Assembly: GCF_009914755.1 (NCBI RefSeq)
Contig: NC_060927.1
Strand: one strand, 5' to 3'
Length of the DNA stretch: 64,000 nucleotides
DNA from: the human T2T-CHM13v2.0 reference genome, Homo sapiens
Shown here: piece after piece, positions 26,548-39,800 of the stretch
How the letters are laid out: every line of letters starts with the position of its first letter
How positions within the stretch are numbered: the first letter of the stretch is position 1
Program-made: the position numbers and the translations under genes
Notes under the pieces: model-generated
Database searches by the model: none
What the model was told of the DNA's origin: nothing
The model's input: only the letters and a program-made list of their open reading frames with translations

Positions 26548-27649
26548 ATAGAAAGATAAGGGCAGAATCAGGTGCTATATAAGCCTGAGGTTGACTCTGG
26601 GCCTCTTTCCTCCCTTCCCTAAGAGAAGTCTCAGCACTTGGCCTAAGACAAGTCAGATGGCAGAATGGAGGAGGCAGATGCCCCATGCAGATGGAAATAC
26701 ATTGCATGGGGATATGCAGACCACAGCAGAGCTCCACCAATCGGCAACAGCCTTGTTCACAACAGGACCAAATCTCTCAAAGATTTGTGGCTAGGGGAAT
26801 TAAAAGAAAAAGAGACTCTTAATATGATGGTAAGGCTTTAGCTGTCAAGCAGCAGGATGCTGCTCCTCCTTGACAGCATGAAAGGAAGCCCAGCTCTACC
26901 AGCCTACCTGTCTGGGAGCCACCTGTCACATAGGAGTAGGAAGCAGATTTACTGCCAGAATTTGGGCAAAACTGCATCCCCTCTCTCCAAAATCATGGGG
27001 ATAAGTGAAGTGTAGGACTGAGCTTGCAGGGATGATGCCATCATGTAAACATGTAAACATCTACCTTAATTCATCTTTTTTTTTTTTTATAAGAGGGAGG
27101 CATGTGAGGCAACTTCAGTTAAGTTGAAATCCTTGTTATTTTGAAAGGTAGTTGTAATGGTGGCTCTGATATGTGAAAGTTAATATACTTGACATAATGT
27201 AATATTTGAGTGTTGGTACTTTGGAGAGGAGTCCATTAAGTAAACCACACACTTTTTAAGTTATTGACCATAGTAACCCTGGGTCCTCCATTTGATGAGT
27301 GGAGATTACAGATCTCAGTCCAAATAGATATTCTTGAACATATCCTTTCAGAAATTGTTAAACAGGTTAAATATTCTTTCCTTCTGTAAGTCCTCTAATA
27401 CTTTAATATGTTTGTTTTCCATTCATTCAATCAGTTGTATAAATAAACATTAATTAAGCAATGGCTATTTAGGCACTAATCTTGGGGCTAAGGAAATACA
27501 TGTGGACAGGCAACATCTTTGACCTTGAGCTATTATATCATGGTTCAGAGAGAGTGACAAAAACATTAACAGGCAGCACAGAGCTGTCAGTGATAGGATA
27601 GAGGACATACTGCCTAATGTGAATATAGGCATAACAGAAAATGATGATG

Positions 27650-27840
27650 ATGTTAACATGTGTCAAATATTTATTACATGGCAAGAACTATGCTAAGTAT
27701 TATCCATAACTAAACTCATTTATTTTTTATCATAACCATATAAAGTAAATATTACTATTTCCATTTCTTAGGGTAAAAGTAATAAAGCACAGAAAGGTTG
27801 AGTAGTTTGTGCAAAGTCACACAGCTAGAGTGGCAGGAAT
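27650..27840 (-). mobile_element. MIR SINE (flanked by L2-like fragments)
   Basis: GCACAGAAAGGTTGAGTAGTTTGTGCAAAGTCACACAGCTAG. Confidence 0.7.
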
Positions 27841-28041
27841 AGACAAACTTTAAAGCTAAAGTGATATTGTTTGGAAATAAGATACTGACGTCCAGAGATA
27901 GAAAATTAAATGCATAAAATTACATTAAAATGAACATTTACTAATGGCCTGCTATTACCAGGAACTGTGCTAGATCTGGAAAGTAACAAAGATGGATAAG
28001 ACATTGTTTCACTAATCAGGAGTTCATCAATAGGACATACA

Positions 28042-28380
<339 letters not shown>

Positions 28381-29479
28381 CTAAGTTTGCTGATGCATGT
28401 ATGTGCAAGGTACTGAGGACATAAAAATAAGGGAGTGATTGACTCCATTCTGGATGTGGTCAAGGAAGACTTAAGAGGAGGTGATATGTCAGCTGGGCTT
28501 TGAGTTGTGAATAGAAATTTGCCAGGTAGAGGCATTTCAGGGAGAGGAAACAACAGGTTAAAAAAAAGCAAGGACACTAAAGAGCAAAGTAAGGGAGGTT
28601 TCTTTACACAATTCAGTTGAGTATCTACTTTATATAAGCAGCTGTAACACCTGGTACAAGGTGTAAAACAATGAGGAAAAAGAGTCCTTGGAGTCTGCAA
28701 GGAAAGTTACTATTCCTCATCTTTATGTCTGGCAAGGGTGCAATGGCAGAGTGTGGTTAGACACTGCACATGGAATACAGTCTTTCATCTCTTGAACCTC
28801 CTGATCCTAGTAAAGTAGTGGTAACATATTATGAACAGATAAACACTTAGAGAAAAGGAACAGAAGACAGAATTTCAGGGAACATAGGACTATAACAATA
28901 ATTTAAAGATAAAAAAATGTACAAGAAGTGGTACCTGATTGTTACGAGTGAAGATACAACCCACTCTCCTGTAGAAGGAAAGCATGGGACGAGGTAACAT
29001 GGTGCCCAATCCAGGAAAGTTTAGTGATGAGAATATTCCAATTAATGTAAATGGAATATCTGAATTGAGCCTCATACAGAAGACATCTAATGAATTGTAA
29101 AAGATATCCTCAACATTCTACATTAAATGTCATAGGTTTCTTCTAAGTCACATCAACTAGAAGCTGAAACTCTAAAACCAGAATAAATTCCCAGCAAGCA
29201 AGAGGAAACTGATCTTCATTCCTTTTATGATAAAATAAGAATTATGTTTACCTTATCATTCAGGCCTTGAGGAAGGACAGAGGCAAATGTACAGACCAAC
29301 TCTAGCAACTTACAAGACTCTAAGACCATGTTGAATATCTGTATTGAATGTATTTTCTCTAGCTGTGGACATTCATATGTGTATATATATATTTCTTTCT
29401 GATTTTGATTTTTACTCATATTTAATACCACGTTAAGATTGTTATGTATTTAGTGGAATGAAGCAATTCAAACAAACAG

Positions 29480-32205
29480 GCACTGGGAGGGCTACGGGGG
29501 CACCACATGAAGTCAGGTGTCCTGGGATATCGGTGAGGAGAGATCCTGGCTGGGCCCTGGCTGGGCTGACACCTGTGGGCGCTGCCATGGGAGGAGTCTG
29601 GGACTCGGTGAAGGTTGCCCCGGGAATGTATCGGCTGGCACAAGGCAGCTTGAGGGCCTGTCATCCATAGAAGTGCCAGTCAGGTGTCACAGAAACAGCC
29701 CAGTGTGGCCAGGGTGCAAAACCTCAAGTTCAAGTGAAGAGGAAGCTGAAAACTGGAATATTAATGCTAAACATGGGAGGACCTGAAACCCTCTGACACG
29801 TTCATGACTTCCTTCTGAGGCTCTTTTTGGACCAAGACCTCATGACACTTACTGTTCAAAATAAGTTTACACCATTCTTTGCCAAATGCAGAACCTCCAA
29901 GATTCAAGGGCAGTACCACAGAACAGGAGGTGGGTCCTCCATCAAGATGTGGATTTCCAAGCAGGGAGAAGGTATTATGGTGAAGCTGCTGGATGACTTG
30001 TCCCCCTACACAGCCCCTCACAAATAATACTTCATTGGATTTTGGCATGTCCATTCTTTACTAAAAGAAGCAAATGAAGAGATGGAGAGAGATGGCCTGG
30101 AAAGGGCTATTGCTTTCATGCAGGATCCACAGTATGCTTGCTGTACCACAGGCGGCAGCTTAAATGCCATTTAAAGATCCTATAATAGAGTGGGACAGAA
30201 GTTTACAATGAAGTGCAGCACTATCAGTAGGTGGCCCACCCATTGCCTCCTCACCCACTGCTTTGTTGACTACATTCTGAAAGAGCTGGACCATTTTCCA
30301 CTGGAGAAGAGAAGCGAGTCGGCCATTCTCTTTTCTGCTCACTCACTGCCAATATCCGTGATCAACAGAGGAGACCCCTATTCTCAGGAGTTAAGTGCCA
30401 CTATCCAAAAAGTCATAGAAAGGTTGGGTTACTGCAACCCTTACCAGCTGGTGTGAGGATCCAAGGTTGGTTCAGTGCCCTGGATGGGTCTTCAAACAGA
30501 TGAAATCTATCAGAGGGCTTTCTGAGAGGGGAAAGAAGAATATCCTCTCACTTTTGATAGCATTTACCAACGATAACACCGAAATGCTGTAGAAACTGGA
30601 TATCGAGTACGCTCAAGTTTTAGACAATGAGTGTGGAGTTGAAAACATCAGAAGAGCAGCCTCTTAATGAAAATCTAGTGTTCTCTAAGGCCCTGGCTTA
30701 CTTGGTGCACTCACCTATCCAGTTAAACGAGCTGTGCTCCACAGAGTTGACTCTGAGTTGTCTGCTCAGTGTAAATCCTGTCTGCAGGGAGATTAAATTC
30801 TTCACCAATTCTAAATTGTCTGCAGAGAGATCGGATTCTTCACCAACTGGCAGCTGTGACTCCCCCAAGGTGGATTCCATGGGATTAGGCACATGACCAA
30901 CCTCTAGCTCCTGCCCATGTGGAGAGGCATGTTATTTAGAGATCAAGGAAGGAAGTCATCTTAGTATATGTAGTCTTTGGGCACAAATTATGTGTTTTCT
31001 TGAGGATTGGACTATTGTGATGAATTTCTGTTTTTATATAACTATACAGTGGGCATTGATATTTCCTCTCTCTAGGTATAAATTACTAATTTGTAATGTT
31101 CAATAGGACAGTCAATAAATGAGTGGAAAAATTTATCTTATGAGACACACACCTATTTTAAATATAGATTTTGGTTTTATTGCCTAAAAAACTCCTGAAA
31201 AGATGCAGAGTCCCCTCTGTGGGCTTTCAGTGTGAACAGGATCTGTTCAGTCTTGTGCATATAATTGTAGTTATTAAAATAAACATAGTTGAGTATTTGA
31301 AATGAATTCAAAAAAGAAATGTTAATCTTTCCCTAAGCCCGTGGGTTATAGAATGCCAGTAAGGCAATTTGGCTACCTACAATGGCTGCTGTTGCCAGCG
31401 AGGCCGCCATTCATTAGTCATTTGATATTTGTGTGTCTCTTACTTTCCTCAGTGTAAAATTGAATCAAGTACAGATTTCAGAAGTACTCTGAAATTCCCT
31501 AGGCACCCAAGGCTAATAAATGTTATACATGCTTTGGTGGGTGTCTGTGGTTGCATAGGAAAGGGGTTCCTATCTGCAAGGGCAGCACTGCTGGGAAATG
31601 GTAAGGATGGTGTTCATCCTTACATCTCCTTCAGGGATCATCACAAGCATTTGCATCCAGCATCTTGTTTCTCTTAGTTGAATGTCTCCTTTCTGTACAT
31701 TTGTTTTAAGAATTACTTTATATGGTCAACTATACTTTGTAAGGTTGAATTCTTTCTTAATTTACTATTTTTTGTTATAAAAATTATATAGCCAAATAGG
31801 ACATGTGAAAAATACAGAAAATAAAAATAACTGCTCTAATGTAACACTATTATCATGTTATTGCTTTTCATACCAATCTTGTCCTGTAGATATTTTTAAT
31901 GCCATTGTCACCTTGGATTTGTGAGTGAGAAGTTGTTATAAAAATGTGAAAATAATGTCATATCAGAATATGATCTTCTATATTTGGATTTAAGTAGGTT
32001 AAAAGATCCTTGATGGATCTATGAAGAATTTTTAATGATCACTTTCTCTTTCCTCCAAGCCCTAAAACTTTGTTCTTCAAAAAAGCACTTATTTGATTTT
32101 GTATAAGCTAGCTTACAAAGTGGAAATATTTGTGAATTCATAGATCTTCTATATTGAGAATTTGCTATGTTAATAAATATTATGACACCAATCAATAAAT
32201 AAACA
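29480..32205 (+). pseudogene. FECHP1: Processed (intronless) ferrochelatase pseudogene including 5'UTR, CDS remnant 29626-30859, long 3'UTR and A-rich tail
   Basis: FECH-like peptides: [70 protein letters not shown]. No introns, multiple stops and frameshifts, AATAAA near 32172 followed by an A-rich remnant. Confidence 0.95.
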
Positions 32206-32223
32206 TATGAAAGTGGAGATATC

Positions 32224-32505
32224 GCTAGGCTCGTGGCTCATGCCTGTAATCCCAGCACTTTGAGTGGGGGAGGCGGGCGGATCACTTGAGGTCGGGAGTT
32301 CAAAATGAGCCTGGCCAACGTGGTGATACCCAATCTCTATTAAAAATACAAAAAAAAAAAAATTAGCTGGGTGTGATCTCAGCTACTCAGGAGGCTGAGG
32401 CAAGAGGATTGCTTGAACCGAGGAGGTGGAGTTTGCAGTGAACCGAGATGTCACCACTGTGCTCTAGCCTGGGCAACAGAGCAAGATTCTGTCTTAAAAA
32501 CAAAA
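32224..32505 (+). mobile_element. AluS-type SINE (small deletion in right arm)
   Basis: Alu dimer; degenerate TSD AAAGTGGA.A.ATC at about 32210 and 32506. Confidence 0.9.
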
Positions 32506-32987
32506 AAAGTGGATACATCACTGTGGCTAAAAACTTTTTAAGAGAAGAAGACGTTTTCAAAACTGTTTCAATGTAATGGAGATGTACAAATCAAAAACAT
32601 AGCAAAATAATCAAAGTAGATAGCAATGGCAGAAAAACAACCTAAAACAAAAAATAGAAATTGTGCTTTAATAATATACATTAAATTTCCTGAGTCATTC
32701 TAGACAGCAAATAAGTTATTAATATAACTGATAGAAATATTCATTTTTATCAATATACTTTTGGAAGTTTTACCTATAAACATTTATTCATCCAATCATG
32801 TGTTCATTTATTCAGTAACTTTTCAATAAGTGTCTTTGACGTGCCAGTCACCAACTGTTTTGAATACATCAGAGGACAAGACAATGCAATTGTCCTACAT
32901 TTGCAGAGAAACAGCTAATAAATAAATAAACAAACAAAGAAAATAATAACAGGCTATGGTAGATGATAATAAAAAGGAAATACAAAA

Positions 32988-33423
32988 TGTACTTATTAGG
33001 TAGTTATAACCACTTAACAAGTCACCCTGAAACTTAGTGGCTTAGAACAACTAGAAATTATTGAATACACAATACTGGGGTTTGGCAATTTGTCCTGGGC
33101 TCCGTGAAACAGTTCTGCTTATCTGGGCCAGGCTCAATGGAGCTTGGCCATATCTCATTCGTGCTTCTACAGACAGCTGCGACATTGGTTTAGAGCTAGC
33201 AGGTCCAAAACAACTCAGCTGTGATGGCTCATCGGCGTTCCACATGGTTGTACATCCTCCAGCAGGCTACCTGGGACTTGTTCATTTGGTGATGGTGCTG
33301 AAATCTCAAAAGAGAGGATGAAAGTTTGCAATGCCTCTTGAGGCCCAGACTTGAAACCCAATAGACTCCAGCTACTGATGGCAGAAGTTCCTAAGAATTG
33401 AGGTCATTTTTGCAGTTAACACA
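32988..33423. mobile_element. Old MLT1 (J/K-like) LTR
   Basis: TAACAAGTCACCCTGAAACTTAGTGGCTTAGAACAAC...TCCAGCAGGCTACCTGGGACTTGTTCA. Confidence 0.7.
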
Positions 33424-34102
33424 TTAGGACAGAACACCCAGGACTAAGATGATAATTTTGATGTTTGGAGTTTGGTTATAAAAGCAGCCAGCAAAGAAAT
33501 CAGGAAACGATGATGTTCTAGGAGTCTCTAGAGGAGAGCTAGAAATAAAATAATTGAAACTAATGAAGTGAAACAGATACAAAGAGTACACATAAGGAGC
33601 TCAAAATCAATGATAACTTTTATAGGCTATAAAGGATAAAAAAATATAAAGTACAAAATGTTGGAACATTGTCCTAGAGTTTGCTAAAATTACCAACAAA
33701 TAAAAACTCATTGGTCCTTCTGGTCTTTTATTTTTTTCACCAAATCACCTGTATTAAAACTGTGAATTAGTTATGTTCTTGTATTTTGCACTATTTATCA
33801 AAAAAGAAACTATATAACTACTCAAGGGAGAGGAGAATGTTCAAGTGTATCCAGGAGGAAAAAAAATGTCAGTAGGAAAGAAAAAGCTTTTTTAATTTGA
33901 TTCATTGCCTCTGAATTTAACTGAAGAATTTAGAAATTTAAAATATTAGACTGCTCCAAAAGTTGCAATCTGTTATCTCCTTTCACATTTATTATATATG
34001 TGTGTGTATATATATGTATATGTATGTATATTTTTTTCTAAACATATATACACATATAGGCATACCACATGTATATGTATATGTGTTATATACATATAAA
34101 AC

Positions 34103-34806
34103 CCTGCACTGTGTTCCCAGAAAAGCCACAGACTCTCAATGCCAGCCTGTGAATGCAGCTGAAATGGGGCTGCACCCTGCAAAGCCACAGGAGCAGAGCT
34201 GCCCAAGGCTGTGGGAGCCCACCTCTTGCATCAGTGTGACCTGGATGTAAGACATGGAGTTAAAGGAGATCATTTTGGAAGTTTAAGGTTTAATGACTGC
34301 CCTATTGGTTTTCAGAATTGCATGGGGCCTGTAGCCCCTGTATTTTGGGCATTTTTTCCCATTTGGAACGGGTGTATTTACCTAAAGCCTGTAACTCCAT
34401 TGTACCTAGGAAGTAACTAAAGTGCTTTTGATTGTACAGGCTCATAGGCTGTAAAGTTGTGCTATGTTTCACCTTGGCTACATCTTCCTAAATTTCTCAC
34501 TGACATATTGCCATGTCCACATATGCCCAAACTTTAACGGACCCAGAAACCCAACAGAAATGCCAAAGCCAATCATGTAAAAGTTTTCTTAATGTCAACC
34601 TACCTTCTAAAAGACATTTTTTCAAAAGAGCAGAATCCAAAGGTAAATAATTATTTACAAGGCAGGGACTTGCCTTGTCTCAAATGAGACTTTGGACTTT
34701 TGAGTTAATACTGAAATGAGTTAAGACTTTAAGGGACTGTTGGTTGGAAGGGCATGATTGTGTTTTGAAATGTGAGGACATGAGATTTGGGAGGGCCAGG
34801 GCGGAA
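34103..34806 (+). mobile_element. THE1-int 3' portion (5'-truncated) interrupted by a foreign insert at 34450-34663
   Basis: CCCTGCAAAGCCACAGG...GGGAGCCCACCTCTTGCATCAGTGTGACCTGGATG; GGGCCAGGGCGGAA purine tract before the LTR. Confidence 0.88.
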
Positions 34807-35169
34807 TGATATGGTTTGGCTGTGTCCCCACCCAAATCTCATCTTGAATTGTAGTACCCATAATCCCCATGTGTCATGGGAGGGACCTGGTGTGAGGTAA
34901 TTGAATCATGGGGTGGTTACCCTCACGCTGTTCTCATGATAGTGCATGAGTTCTCATGAGACCTGATGGTTTTATAAGAGGCTTTTCCTTATAAACTTCT
35001 CTCTCTTCTGCCACCATGTGAAGGATTTCTTTACTTCCCCTTCCACCATGATTGTAAGTTTCCTGAGGCCTCCCCAGCCATGTGGAACTGAGTCAATTAA
35101 ACCTCTTTCCTTTATAAATTACCCAGTCTTGGATATTTCTTAATAGCAGTGTGAGAACATACTAATAAA
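34807..35169 (+). mobile_element. THE1D-like 3' LTR
   Basis: TGATATGGTTTGGCTGTGTCCCCACCCAAATCTCATCTTGAATTGTAG...TAAATTACCCAGTCT. Confidence 0.9.
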
Positions 35170-36629
35170 TATGTGTATGTATATATGTATGTGTATGTAT
35201 ATATCTATTTCTATACAAATATATGCATAACACATATATATGTGTATGTGTGTATATCCCTTTAATTGAATACAATTCATTTTGGGAAATGTACAATTAC
35301 TTTTTTCTAGCCTTCAACTGGTCTACTTTATTCCACTTTCCATTGTGATTTGTTGGTGGTGTGACCTATTGCAGACTGCTTTCAGAAGTTTGATCACTGG
35401 TATTACTCAAGCATTATGACTGAGCCCAGAATGATGTGTTCTGTGTTGTTAGACATCCAATATGATGATAAATAGCTCTGTGCTCTAAAAGAGAAAGAAA
35501 CATTTCAATCCAATATAAATGGAGAGACCCTGGCCTTGCCTGATTTTCTAGATAAACAGAGTTTGCTTTCTAGCTCTGATGAAAAGGCAAATTTTGAAAT
35601 GGAATTAAGAAGCTGACATACACACCTGAGTCAGACTCATACCCATGCTTCAGCGATTTAACCATAATGGAGTTCCTGTTGCTTATATTGCGTGTTCACA
35701 TACAAGCTAAACTTAGTTTATTCTAAACCCTTTGTGTCAGAAAGAATGAAACAAATGTATAGAACTGAACTCTATGGCCCAAAATAGTTCCTCCTATCTT
35801 CTAAAAGATAAAGATGTAGATTCCTTGTTTAATAGTTCATCTCCTGTCACAACTGAAATGAAGGAAAAGTAACTCCATTTCTCTGACAATTTATATCTAT
35901 AATATTATGCTCAAATAGTCAAAGCTTCTCATTTAAGCATCATATAAATTTTCATGAAGATACTCATGAAGCTATTATTTGAATAAACAAATAATTGAAT
36001 AATTTAGCACTTCCCAATGTGTTATATTTGTTTATTATACTCTCCATGAACAAAATAAAGTTTCTATCATTAGAAAAACCTGAGAATTTCTGTATAGTAC
36101 ACATTGGCATAATAAAAGTTTTAAGAAATTCCTTATTAAAGAAATCTGATAAATATTATATGTTAGAATGTTTATATGTTTTTTGAACATAGAGCTCTAT
36201 TATTTCCACAAAATATCATTGTGATTGTTTGTATTACTCGGTGGTCTGCAGAACACAACTGGAAAATTCTGAGTTCTATTTTTTTTTTCTTTTCCTGAAC
36301 CAAACACTAGCTATCCGGGAAAAGGCCAAGTCGTGAAAGAATTACTGGAAATGTGTGCACACCTCCACACCATTTACCTGAGCAGAAGTGCCTGTCAGAT
36401 CCACATAGTCCTTGATAGTCCTAGAAGAAAACTACAGAAAACCATGATTATTAGGAAAAAGAGTCCAATGCAAAGAGAGCATCTAGGGATCATGGAAATA
36501 CAGAGAGAGGCAAGACGCTGTTTTAAAATCCTGAAAAAAATAACACTATAGAGACTCAGTGCCACTTAATGGCACAGAGGCGGGTTCTTTTGATCATGTT
36601 GCAAAATCTGCAAGACATGTCGCTGACAT

Positions 36630-36800
36630 CCCCAAGATTTGTGACCTCTGCCAAGTTATTTAACTTCCTTGAGCCTCAGTTTCCAGATCTCCAAAATGGG
36701 GTGAATCTGATACCCAATTCAAAAGATTGTTGTGAGGATTAAATTATGACAATAATATCTGACATGTAAGAAGAATTCAATAAATATTACCTATTATTTA
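36630..36800 (+). mobile_element. MIR SINE
   Basis: AAGTTATTTAACTTCCTTGAGCCTCAGTTTCC...TTGTTGTGAGGATTAAAT. Confidence 0.8.
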
Positions 36801-39800
36801 GAAGAAAGAAAGAAAGAACTTTCTTGTTTCACTTAGGGTAGATTTTGATATCTGTGTCTATTTTGTCTGAGACTTATTGACAAGGATAGCTAGAAGGGAA
36901 CTTAAGATCACCTGGCTAATTCCCATTTTTTAACATATAAATAAACTGAGGCCCAGTTTATTTAACTGGGCTGGAGGCATTTAGGTCTGATACATTTAGC
37001 TTCCCACTCATGGGACTACAGTAATTTAAATGACTCAAATTCTCATGCATAAAATTAATATTTTCCTTTTGAGCATATATTGACTTTCCCTTTTAATTCC
37101 CAAATATCCTAAATACTTCTCAAATATAGTTCTGAAATCAGACATTTCAATTTTTTTTCTGCACTTATTGGTAATGCTTTAAGCTTTTTGCCAGTTAGCT
37201 TGAACTGAACTGGATGTCAATTTGAATTGAATATTATTGTAAGGGAGACTCTATTCTCATCGCAGAAGAGTTTTAATTGGGAATGGATGCTAGTTATTTC
37301 AGCTAATCTACACTGGGTATCTGGATCTGTCATCTGTGTTCCATAACACCTCTTCTCTAATTCTTGTTCTTTAGCTTTCTCTGTCAAATTCTAGGACACT
37401 GCTCCCATTTGTCTCCTATTGCAGTGATACAATTTTCTGCGGTATCAAGTTACTATTCTACATCCCCATTCTCATTTTAAATTCAGCTCTCAGGTTTTCT
37501 TTACTTCGTACATATTTCTGACACAGCTTATTTATAACAACTTGGCTTCATAAATACATGAATCTTTTCTCTTTAACATTCTGAGAACAAATTTTTCTAG
37601 TTTTCTCCCTTTTTCTTCTGTAACTCTTGTTAACTTTTTTCTGTTTTTATTACTATTTTATTGCTTTGAGTCAAAGAAAATGTCCTTCACATTTCCCAGA
37701 TCTTGTAATTTTTTGAGACTCCATACATAGTTGATGTAGGTTCATGTTTTAATAAAATTTCAAATTATTTTTATGGTACATGTAGAAAGCACTATTCAAC
37801 CACTAAATGATTATTATTGGCTACCTTATTATAAAGTTTAGTAGATTTATTTTGTTTTAAACATTTTTGAAAGATTGAGATTTACAAGTTTAAAACTATC
37901 ATTATTATAAATTTGTCCCATATTTTTATTTTTTCCTATATATTTTTCCTAATTGTCATATAACTATGCAGTCTACTTTTTTATTGAAGTAAACAGCTGC
38001 TCTTTCTTTTGCATAATATATTTATTTAAAGCTTACACTTTGTGATATTCATATTGAAACCACTTTCTTACCTTACTATTTTCTAATCCTTTAAAGGTAA
38101 AATTTGAGGGTCAGATGTGTCCTTTTTAAGCAATGCATAGTGACATTTGTCTGATGAAGTTAGGTCACACAGTACTGAGGAGTCTGTCATTGGCTGGTGG
38201 CTCACTTTCACCTTTACACCCACAAGTTCTCACTGACACCCACTCATTACTTTAAATGATTCTCTTTTGCAAACTAGACCTTCTGAGTATCGTTTCTTGG
38301 CAAATTGCACAGGAGTCTAGCCAATTAATGAGTAAGAAAAATTTCCTTTCCATTAAGTCTTAAGATAATAGGTTTTTGAATCTGTTCTATCTAAAAATTA
38401 GCTTTTAAGAGAGGTGTTGATATAAATATAATGAATTAATATATCAAATTTCTTATTAAATGTTCTTGATACTGCTGAATATACTGAAAAAAGTATGAAA
38501 CGCCTCTATGAAAATTTATCCTTGTGACCTCATACAAATCCTTTGTGCCATCTGAGGCTTACTTACTGCATCTGTACAATGAAACATTCGCCTATCTTAG
38601 CCATAACATCCCCTGCCCTACTCAGAGGTTTTGCAACTCTGTGAACTCTAAATATAAGGCAGATCCAAGTACTCAGTTAGGATACAAGTATTTGGGGGAT
38701 GATGCATAAACTTTCAGAAACATGCTTTAGAATTTAGTATGGCTTACCAATAAAATAAGTGATAAATAGTTTGAATAAACAATGATATTCTGTTAAATTC
38801 TTTATTACAGTGTACTTTATTGGATTTTTTAATGATGCAAAAATTCCAATGTGATGAGCCAATAACTCAAGACTTTTTTCAGATAAAATATGTATTTTCA
38901 GGTTCTAATCAGTTGCTTATGCATTTATCCATTCATGATTATTTACTTAAGTAAAACTGCAAGGTAGATGCAGTGTGGTGATATAAAAATGGAAACATGA
39001 GTCCCTGGAGACACTTGTTTGATAACTGTCACTAAGATTTGTTTCTCTGATACCAAAGAAAAGAATTTTGATTTTGGCCCTAACCAAGAGATATTTCATT
39101 AAACATTACTTTTATAGGGCACTCTAGGTGTTAGGTCAAAAATATGATATATGTATTTAATATAACAAAGTTCTTTTTATCTTCAAGAGAAATGTATAAC
39201 GTTCAGCATAACTAATAAAGAAGTACTTTTGTTGTTGTTGTCGTCGTTGTTGTTGTTGTCCTTTTGGCAGAATATCTTGAGGAACATGTGTTCCATGGGA
39301 AAGTTTTGGGGATATGATGTGCTTGGTGGGTCTATAAGGTGGAGTTCAGTTGACCACCCTCTCTGGCCAAATGTTGAAGAGCCTTTTTTTATTTAAACAA
39401 ACAAACCAACAATATCATGAAACAATTGTTTAAACTAAATGGAAATGACTTTTGGCTGATATCTTCTTTCAATGATTTGAACTATAGTGTCCTGCAACTA
39501 TGAACTAAGAGTTTAATGAAAACATATAGTTAGACTTGTGGTAAACTTATGCAAAATTTCTTCTCTGAGTGGGTCACCAATTATTTTATAGGAAAGCAGG
39601 TTAATATCACATTTTTCTTGCTGTGTGTGCAAAACAGTCTAGAAATAAGTGCAAAAATGCCTACTGTACCCCTTTCACACTGGCCCTCAAAATAATTCTG
39701 AATAACATAATTAAAAGAAACTTGACAGAGAAGACAGAAGTCATTTTTAAAATATTTTAGATTCTAGGGTAATGCTGAATTAACTTTGTCCTTTCTATGT

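Noticed and set aside
29827-30896. ORFs with ferrochelatase similarity as a functional FECH gene
   Set aside because: Intronless and broken into several short ORFs by stops and frameshifts; this is a processed pseudogene
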